Below are positions 37,299 through 43,779 of a stretch of 43,779 bases of DNA, in pieces (position 1 is the first letter of the stretch; each line of letters begins with the position of its first letter). The notes beneath the pieces were generated by a model. It made no database searches. It was given only the letters and a program-made list of their open reading frames with translations, and was not told the origin of the DNA. The translations under genes and the position numbers were made by a program. The stretch comes from a virus (Duplodnaviria; Heunggongvirae; Uroviricota; Caudoviricetes), in IMG/VR virus record IMGVR_UViG_2534681654_000010; one strand, 5' to 3'.

Positions 37299-38227
37299 AC
37301 CTGTGAGAGTAATTCAGGGTTGGTATAAACCTCTTTAAAGGCCGCATTAATATGTTTTTCTGTCAGCGCCGCACCTTCACCGCTGGCGGTGAGCCACGCC
37401 TGGTTAAGCGTATGTGTCAGAACGCGTAACGCTCCCGGCTTTTCAGCGATAGCCTGCATGACGGCCAGCTCGGCCTCACCACTGATACCCCATGCCCTGG
37501 CAATGGCCAGCACATCCGCCTTTTTGGCCTTGCGAAGTTGTTTTGTACGGGCAAGACGGCTGAACAGGCGCGATAAATCATCAAAGGCGCGGCGTCCACC
37601 TTTAAACAATCCGCGCGGGTTACCAATAAGCACCATCCCGATCCCCGTGGCGTCCTGAATTGCCCGGAGTTGCTCCAGACCGTCAATACCAAGATGATCC
37701 GCCTCATCCACAATCACCAGTCCACGCGTTCCCATCAGGCGACGGCGGATGGCGCGGGATAATGCCCCTTTGTTCGCGCGGGTGTAATCAATCCCCAGCG
37801 CATCGGCCAGCTCCAGCAGACACTCCGTGACGCTGGAGTGCGCGGGTGACAGGGTGATCATCCAGGTGTTTGGTTGCTCCTGGCAGTAATTACGGGCGGT
37901 GGCCGTTTTACCTACCCCCGGCACGCCCACAATGACGTTAATACAGCCCATCAGGCGAACCGCCTGAAACAGTGCGCGCAGCTCCTGAACTGTCTGCGTT
38001 TCCACAAACTGCGGCGGTTCCGGCAGTGCGCTTTGTTTATTCCAGTTCTCATACCAGGAACGCAGGGAAGCAGCCACAGCGGCGTTATCGCCTTTATATT
38101 TCCCCTTGCGGAAAGCCGATAATGTGCCGTCGGAAATTCCCGCCTCTCTGGCGATGGCATACTGCGTCAGTACGCCGCCATCAATAAGTTCATCAATGGT
38201 CTTGATTACATCGTTAATATCAGTCAT
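37295..38227 (-). CDS. B: MuB-like AAA+ ATPase (transposition target DNA activator)
   Basis: 310 aa with N-terminal HTH and Walker A GVPGVGKT; directly downstream of the transposase. Confidence 0.85.
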   Translation of the reverse strand: MTDINDVIKTIDELIDGGVLTQYAIAREAGISDGTLSAFRKGKYKGDNAAVAASLRSWYENWNKQSALPEPPQFVETQTVQELRALFQAVRLMGCINVIVGVPGVGKTATARNYCQEQPNTWMITLSPAHSSVTECLLELADALGIDYTRANKGALSRAIRRRLMGTRGLVIVDEADHLGIDGLEQLRAIQDATGIGMVLIGNPRGLFKGGRRAFDDLSRLFSRLARTKQLRKAKKADVLAIARAWGISGEAELAVMQAIAEKPGALRVLTHTLNQAWLTASGEGAALTEKHINAAFKEVYTNPELLSQV

Positions 38228-38297
38228 ATTATTAACCTCTCATTTGATACCTTGTTTAATCAAATAACCTGAGTCGCCGCTCGGGTTATTTTTTATT

Positions 38298-40388
38298 TCA
38301 GGCCAGCGGGTCATTTTCTTTTAATTTCGCTTCGAGCAACTGCAATCCCCGCTGGAAATTGCGCTCGTATTCTTCATCAGGCTCATCATCAATGGCAGGT
38401 TGCTGAACGGCCACCGTATTACCTACCGGGCGATAGATGTTTTCCAGCCAGGGCTCCTGCGGCTTGTGCTCCAGCACGTTGACAACCTCATCCTCGGCAT
38501 CACGGATTTTTTCCTCTGCGCGTTTACGCATGCCTTTAAGGCGTTGCTGCTGTTTGTAGTATTCCGCGCTAACCGGGAAGGCTTCGCGTTTATTACCGTC
38601 CCATACCGCCTCGCAAATCACGCTGCCATCCAGGCGACGTACGGTAATTCGTTCGGCATCATGAATGTCATAGCTGATAAGCACCTTGCGGCCATGCTCA
38701 TCACGCAGCTCGGGCGCGTAGTAAATATTATTCAGCCAGCGTATTTCACAGCGTCTTACAGGGCGTTCCACCATCGGCCGGAACATGTCCCGCAATTCCA
38801 CATCGGACAGCCATTCAATTTCCGTGTCCTCTTCCGCCAGGCGTTTTTTTCTGAACTCCGCCGGGCTGTAATGCTTGCCGTTCGGCTTCACCGGTAATTC
38901 ATCGTGCGGCCGGTTGTTGTACCACTCAACACCATCACGAATGGCATCAATCAGTTCAGACCAGGACGGTAAATCACGCATCGCTGACTGCTGCCGGGCG
39001 TTCAGCCGTTTGCCCTGTTGCAGGGCAGTAAATGCCGAGCGTAAATCGCGGTTGGTTTTGCGTAACGTCTCGCGATCTGCACCTTTCCCGAAATAGGTGC
39101 GGTATTTACGGGCTATGCGCATCGGTAATGTGCGGTTAAGCCGTTCGATAATGCCTCGTCCCTGCGGATTACCGGCAATCCCGGTCGGGTGATTAATCCC
39201 CAGTCGCGGCAGTATCCCCACAACCTCCTTATCCAGGATGTCGGCGGTTTCCCCGGAGCCGTTATCCGAGTAATACAGAAACGGTTTGCCGTGATGGCGA
39301 ATGCCGTGCTGTATGGCACCGGCTACGGCGAAAACATTTTCAGCCAGGTCAAGGCTCCAGCCCACCACAAAGCGCGTGCCACCGTCGATAACAAAGGTCA
39401 CTTCCGGTGCAAATGGCCGACCGTGAACCGGGTGTGCGCATTTCAGCTTCATGCCGTGACCGTCACCAATCCAGACATAATTCACCGGCATTCTGGACCA
39501 GTCGCGGCGCGTGAATCCCTCAAGCTGGCGGTATTCACTGCCGGTCACCCGGCCTTTTTGTTTCACCACTTCCGGCAGTTTCTTCATTGCGCGGCGAATG
39601 GTGTCATAAGACGGCATGATATCGAGCATATAAGGCTCATCAGCGTGCCGGTGCTGCCATTCAGCGACAAAATCCTCGTAAGCCTCGGTCATTGGTCGGC
39701 CGTTTGACTGGCGATACTGCGCCAGAAATTCGGGCAGCCAGTTAATATCTTCGGCTTTTATTTCCTGGCGTTTACCCGGTGCCAGTAAAAGCAGGCGTTC
39801 AGCGGCGTTCTGTGCCTTGTTAAAGGCCGCAATCCATCGCTTCAGCGTGATTTCACTCAACGCACGGCTGTTTCCCTTTTTGGCGTTCGCCGTCTCAACC
39901 ATTGCCACAATGCGCTCGTCCAGCTGTGAACGTGCCAGGTTGTCAACGATAAACCGGATAGCCTTCGCGCAGCTGAAACCGGGTTGTTGCGCGACTTTCA
40001 TCACTTCGCTGACGATCGCGATTCGTGCATCAGCCACCTGGCGCTGGTTTTCAGTCAGGGCATTGAGGCGTTCGACCATCAGTTGTGGTGATCCGCGATA
40101 TGCCTCCACCGCATCAACCACGTCAGATGAGCGTCTGGCCTTTGTCACCACCGGAGCCGGTGATTCATCGGCTTTTTGCGTCATCAGTTGCAGGGCATAA
40201 CGTTCACGTAATGCCTGCTGCGTCACTTCAGGTAAACAGTCGATGCTGTATTCAGTTGCTTTAGAGCCTGAGCGACGACGGGAACAACAGCTTTTCCCTT
40301 GTACGTAACGTTGTAATGCCTGGCGAATACCTTTTGTTGTAGCAGGCATTCCGGGCGCGCCAATCAGTTCTTTTGCAATGACATACAT
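38298..40388 (-). CDS. A: MuA-like DDE transposase
   Basis: 696 aa; strong overall resemblance to Mu transposase A, with central catalytic core and C-terminal acidic tail. Confidence 0.9.
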   Translation of the reverse strand: MYVIAKELIGAPGMPATTKGIRQALQRYVQGKSCCSRRRSGSKATEYSIDCLPEVTQQALRERYALQLMTQKADESPAPVVTKARRSSDVVDAVEAYRGSPQLMVERLNALTENQRQVADARIAIVSEVMKVAQQPGFSCAKAIRFIVDNLARSQLDERIVAMVETANAKKGNSRALSEITLKRWIAAFNKAQNAAERLLLLAPGKRQEIKAEDINWLPEFLAQYRQSNGRPMTEAYEDFVAEWQHRHADEPYMLDIMPSYDTIRRAMKKLPEVVKQKGRVTGSEYRQLEGFTRRDWSRMPVNYVWIGDGHGMKLKCAHPVHGRPFAPEVTFVIDGGTRFVVGWSLDLAENVFAVAGAIQHGIRHHGKPFLYYSDNGSGETADILDKEVVGILPRLGINHPTGIAGNPQGRGIIERLNRTLPMRIARKYRTYFGKGADRETLRKTNRDLRSAFTALQQGKRLNARQQSAMRDLPSWSELIDAIRDGVEWYNNRPHDELPVKPNGKHYSPAEFRKKRLAEEDTEIEWLSDVELRDMFRPMVERPVRRCEIRWLNNIYYAPELRDEHGRKVLISYDIHDAERITVRRLDGSVICEAVWDGNKREAFPVSAEYYKQQQRLKGMRKRAEEKIRDAEDEVVNVLEHKPQEPWLENIYRPVGNTVAVQQPAIDDEPDEEYERNFQRGLQLLEAKLKENDPLA

Positions 40389-40389
40389 A

Positions 40390-40638
40390 TCATGACGCCT
40401 TTCTCATATAGCTCTTAACCTGGTATCTACTGGGCCAGATTTCTTCAGGCGATACCCCAAGAGCATCAGCAATTATTTGCTGATACGGTCGGCAAGGAGT
40501 ACGTAATACGCTTTTCAGCGAATCCCTGCTGTAACCAGCCTTTAAAGATAAAGAGCGCAGTGATAAGCCAGCCATGTGTAAGCGCGCCTTGATGATTTCA
40601 GGCGGCCAATCGTGATCTGAAACTTCTCTTCTACTCAT
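40390..40638 (-). CDS. ner: Ner-like DNA-binding regulator
   Basis: 82 aa with …SLSLKAGYSRDSLKSVL…QQIIADALGVSPEEIWPSRYQ… resembling Mu Ner; upstream of A and divergent from the repressor gene. Confidence 0.75.
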   Translation of the reverse strand: MSRREVSDHDWPPEIIKARLHMAGLSLRSLSLKAGYSRDSLKSVLRTPCRPYQQIIADALGVSPEEIWPSRYQVKSYMRKAS

Positions 40639-40828
40639 ACTTCCTCTATTCTAAAAAGTTACCCGCGCGGATATTCGTGCGGATATCTGCACGGGTAAAT
40701 AATGCATCACCAAAAATACCAAATCAAGGTATTTTTGGTATTTTGGCTAATTTTTGCTTTTATCCTTATTTTTCAATTGGATAAATAGAAAGAAACCTTT
40801 CCTTAGAAAAGCACCAAGAGGTATCTTT
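40639..40828. promoter_or_regulatory. divergent early/repressor promoter-operator region
   Basis: Intergenic region between ner and the repressor gene; 7-bp inverted arms TTACCCG/CGGGTAA enclose a duplicated GCGGATAT (about 40659-40698); perfect 11-bp inverted repeat CCAAAAATACC/GGTATTTTTGG (about 40710-40738). Confidence 0.5.
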
Positions 40829-41359
40829 ATGTCGCAGGGAAAAGAACCTGTTATTGAACGTATTGGAATGCTTACAAAGCGCTACCCTTCAAGAAGTGCA
40901 GCTGCCAGAGCGTGGGGAATCAATATCAACACATTAAACAGCTATTTCAAGGGAGGACAAACACAACCAGCCCCCAGAGAAAGTATCCTTATACGAATTT
41001 CTGAAAGTGAAGGAGTTAGTCTTGAGTGGCTTAAAGAGGGCAAGGGTGAATCACCAAACGATGTTGGTATTTGTGGTAATTTTGGTTGTTCTGGTGATAA
41101 GGGAGATCAACTTACACAGATGCTTTCATTCCTTACGAAAGACGAACGAGAACAGTTAACCAATCTCCTTGCTCGCAAAGGTGTAGAGACGGTTCTGACA
41201 CTGCTGGATAAAGAAAACCAGGATTTATTACAACTAGAAGGCAGGAAGCGCCTGGCTGCGTTGATGATTGTAGATATGCCAGACGATTGCGTCAGAGAGA
41301 TTTTGGAAAAAACCGAGACAAGTAGGCAATCAAATCCGGTAGAATCTAAAGCGGGTTAG
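40829..41359 (+). CDS. c: putative prophage repressor (Mu c-like position)
   Basis: ATG with AAGAGG RBS; N-terminal HTH-like segment; divergent from ner and transcribed toward the element end as in Mu. Confidence 0.55.
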   Translation: MSQGKEPVIERIGMLTKRYPSRSAAARAWGININTLNSYFKGGQTQPAPRESILIRISESEGVSLEWLKEGKGESPNDVGICGNFGCSGDKGDQLTQMLSFLTKDEREQLTNLLARKGVETVLTLLDKENQDLLQLEGRKRLAALMIVDMPDDCVREILEKTETSRQSNPVESKAG

Positions 41360-41437
41360 TTTGGCGAGGCTGGCCCGTATGTTAGTTGCCATATAGATTT
41401 AATGAAGTTTTAAACGCTTTAAAAAGTTGAGATCGCA

Positions 41438-41609
41438 GTATCAAAAGTTTTGCCGATTTTAGAATAAACGATTAATTATTGCACAATCGGTATCAAATAG
41501 ACTTTAAGCGCTCATCCAGACATCACCTGTTTTATTTCAGTATCTTACAGGTGATTTCACCTCCTTTCACTAAAACCCTCGTTGGTATCAAATGATTCAC
41601 CTGGTTACA
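41438..41609. repeat. element end (Mu left-end equivalent) with GTATCAAA transposase-binding-like repeats
   Basis: GTATCAAA at about 41438-41446, 41489-41497 and 41584-41592; element terminates …GGTTACA at 41609 (terminal CA). Confidence 0.6.
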
Positions 41610-41614
41610 GGGAT
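41610..41614. repeat. target-site duplication GGGAT, right copy
   Basis: Identical to 2850-2854; followed by H-homologous sequence gat cgt gaa aag…. Confidence 0.8.
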
Positions 41615-43090
41615 GATCGTGAAAAGGCCCGTCTTGCGCTTGAAGCCGCCCGAAAGAAGGCTGAGCAGCAGAGTCAACAGGACAAAAATGCGCAGCAACA
41701 GAGCGATACCGAAGCGTCACGGCTGAAATATACCGAAGAGGCGCAGAAGGCTTACGAACGCCTGCAGACGCCGCTGGAGAAATATACCGCCCGTCAGGAA
41801 GAACTGAATAAGGCACTGAAAGACGGGAAAATCCTGCAGGCAGATTACAACACGCTGATGGCGGCGGCGAAAAAGGACTATGAAGCGACGCTGAAAAAGC
41901 CGAAACAGTCCGGCGTGAAGGTGTCTGCGGGCGATCGTCAGGAAGACAGTGCTCATGCTGCCCTGCTGACGCTTCAGGCAGAACTCCGGATGCTGGAGAA
42001 GCATGCCGGAGCGAATGAGAAAATCAGCCAGCAGCGCCGGGATTTGTGGAAGGCAGAAAGTCAGTTCGCGGTACTGGAGGAGGCGGCACAACGTCGCCAG
42101 CTGTCCGCACAGGAGAAATCCCTGCTGGCGCATAAAGACGAGACGCTGGAGTACAAACGCCAGCTGGCTGTACTTGGCGACAAGGTCACCTATCAGGAGC
42201 ACCTGAACGCGCTGGCACAGCAGGCGGATAAATTCGCACAGCAACAACGGGCAAAACGGGCCGCCATTGATGCAAAAAACCGGGGGCTGACTGACCGGCA
42301 GGCAGCGCGGGAAGCCACGGAACAGCGCCTGAAGGAACAGTATGGCGATAATCCTCTGGCGCTGAATAACGTCATGTCAGAGCAGAAAAAGACCTGGGCA
42401 GCTGAAGACCAGCTTCGCGGGAGCTGGATGGCAGGCCTCAGGTCAGGCTGGAGTGAGTGGGAAGAGAGCGCCACGGACAGTATGTCGCAGGTTAAAAGTG
42501 CTGCCACGCAGACCTTTGATGGTATTGCACAGAATATGGCGGCGATGCTGACCGGCAGTGAACAGAACTGGCGCAGCTTCACCCGTTCCGTGCTGTCCAT
42601 GATGACAGAAATTCTGCTTAAGCAGGCAATGGTGGGGATTGTCGGAAGTATAGGCAGCGCCATTGGCGGCGGCGCATCAGCGTCAGGCGGTACAGCCATT
42701 CAGGCAGCTGCGGCGAAATTCCATTTTGCGGCCGGAGGGTTTACGGGAACCGGCGGCAAATATGAGCCAGCGGGGATTGTTCACCGTGGTGAATTTGTCT
42801 TCACGAAGGAGGCAACCAGCCGGATTGGCGTAGGAAATCTTTACCGGCTGATGCGCGGCTATGCCACCGGCGGTTATGTCGGTACACCGGGCAGCATGGC
42901 GGACAGCCGGTCGCAGGCGTCCGGGACGTTTGAGCAGAATAACCATGTGGTGATTAACAACGACGGCACGAACGGTCAGATAGGGCCACAGGCACTGAAG
43001 GCGGTTTATGACGTAGCCCGTAAGGCGGCAATGGATGTTGTGACCGGGCAGATGCGCGATGGTGGTCTGTTCTCCGGAGGTGGACGATGA
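41610..43090 (+). pseudogene. H: tape measure protein H, C-terminal fragment, separated from its 5' part by the Mu-like insertion
   Basis: Frame reads …DDREKARLALEAARKKAEQQ… to …MRDGGLFSGGGR*, matching the lambda gpH C-terminal portion; in frame with the N-terminal fragment once the insertion and one TSD copy are removed. Confidence 0.9.
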
Positions 43091-43416
43091 AAACCTTCCG
43101 CTGGAAAGTGAAACCCGGTATGGATGTGGCTTCGGCCCCTTCCGTAAGAAAGGTGCGCTTTGGTGATGGCTATTCCCAGCGAGCGCCTGCCGGGCTGAAT
43201 GCCGACCTGAAAACGTACAGCGTGACGCTTTCTGTTCCCCGTTGGGAGGCCACGGCGCTTGAGTCGTTTCTGGCTGAGCACGGGGGCTGGAAGGCCTTTC
43301 TGTGGACGCCGCCTTATGAGTGGCGGCAGATAAAGGTGACCTGCGCAAAATGGTCGTCGCGGGTCAGTATGCTGCGTGTTGAGTTCAGCGCAGAGTTTGA
43401 ACAGGTGGTGAACTGA
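43087..43416 (+). CDS. M: minor tail protein M
   Basis: 109 aa MKTFRWKVKPGMDVASAPSVRKVRFGDGYSQRAPAGLNADLKTYSV… matches lambda gpM; ATGA overlap with the H stop. Confidence 0.9.
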   Translation: MKTFRWKVKPGMDVASAPSVRKVRFGDGYSQRAPAGLNADLKTYSVTLSVPRWEATALESFLAEHGGWKAFLWTPPYEWRQIKVTCAKWSSRVSMLRVEFSAEFEQVVN

Positions 43417-43779
43417 TGCAGGATATCCGGCAGGAAACACTGAATGAATGCACCCGTGCGGAGCAGTCGGCCAGCGTGGTGCTCTGGGAAATCGATCTGA
43501 CAGAGGTCGGTGGAGAACGTTATTTTTTCTGTAATGAGCAGAACGAAAAAGGTGAGCCGGTCACCTGGCAGGGGCGACAGTATCAGCCGTATCCCATTCA
43601 GGGGAGTGGTTTTGAACTGAATGGCAAAGGCACCAGTACGCGCCCCACGCTGACGGTTTCTAACCTGTACGGTATGGTCACCGGGATGGCGGAAGATCTG
43701 CAGAGTCTGGTCGGCGGAACGGTGGTCCGGCGTAAGGTTTACGCCCGTTTTCTGGATGCGGTGAACTTCGTCAACGGAA
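43416..43779 (+). CDS. L: minor tail protein L, N-terminal part (3' end outside window)
   Basis: ATG at 43416 overlapping the M stop; frame open to the window end; MQDIRQETLNECTRAEQSASVVLWEIDLTEV… matches lambda gpL. Confidence 0.85.
   Translation, partial: MQDIRQETLNECTRAEQSASVVLWEIDLTEVGGERYFFCNEQNEKGEPVTWQGRQYQPYPIQGSGFELNGKGTSTRPTLTVSNLYGMVTGMAEDLQSLVGGTVVRRKVYARFLDAVNFVNG

Larger units (their letters stand above)
2855..41609 (-). mobile_element. Mu-like transposable prophage (~38.8 kb), inverted relative to window
   Basis: Carries MuA-like DDE transposase, MuB-like ATPase, Ner, repressor, Gam, GemA, Mor/C, Mu-type head/tail/baseplate order, Gin invertase and com-mom; bounded by 5-bp direct repeats; both ends carry repeated TTTGATAC motifs in inverted orientation. 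Confidence 0.9.

Noticed and set aside
2848-41609. Alternative element boundaries starting at TG (2848) or with a TTAC(T/A) duplication (element 2850-41604)
   Set aside because: Both require either no target duplication plus a 1-bp deletion, or an imperfect 4/5 duplication. The GGGAT 5/5 duplication with boundaries 2855-41609 is the most parsimonious, though the left terminus is then non-canonical.
1-43779. Possibility that the left (V-H') and right ('H-M-L) lambda-like blocks come from two different prophages joined by rearrangement
   Set aside because: The two H fragments are in frame and reconstitute a continuous H codon sequence across a single 5-bp duplication, as expected for a simple insertion.

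Overview
The window is a lambda-like prophage tail-gene block (end of U, V, G, G-T frameshift, H, M, start of L) whose tape-measure gene H is split by a 38,755-bp Mu-like transposable prophage (2855-41609) flanked by a 5-bp direct repeat GGGAT, so this is a phage-inside-a-phage. The Mu-like element is inverted relative to the window: repressor c, ner, transposase A and B sit at the right; then an early semi-essential region of unknown small genes, gam, gemA, a single Mor/C-family activator, SAR endolysin with overlapped spanins, terminase, portal, head, sheath/tube tail, tape measure, baseplate, and a tail-fibre gene with a Gin-type invertible segment; com-mom lies at the left end. Between gin and com-mom there is a ~3.3 kb cargo block that is atypical for Mu: a 679-aa NanS-p-like SGNH/SASA esterase and a small convergent gene set. 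All calls come from reading the six-frame translations and from remembered family signatures; no database search was run, and coordinates of non-ORF features may be off by a base or two.
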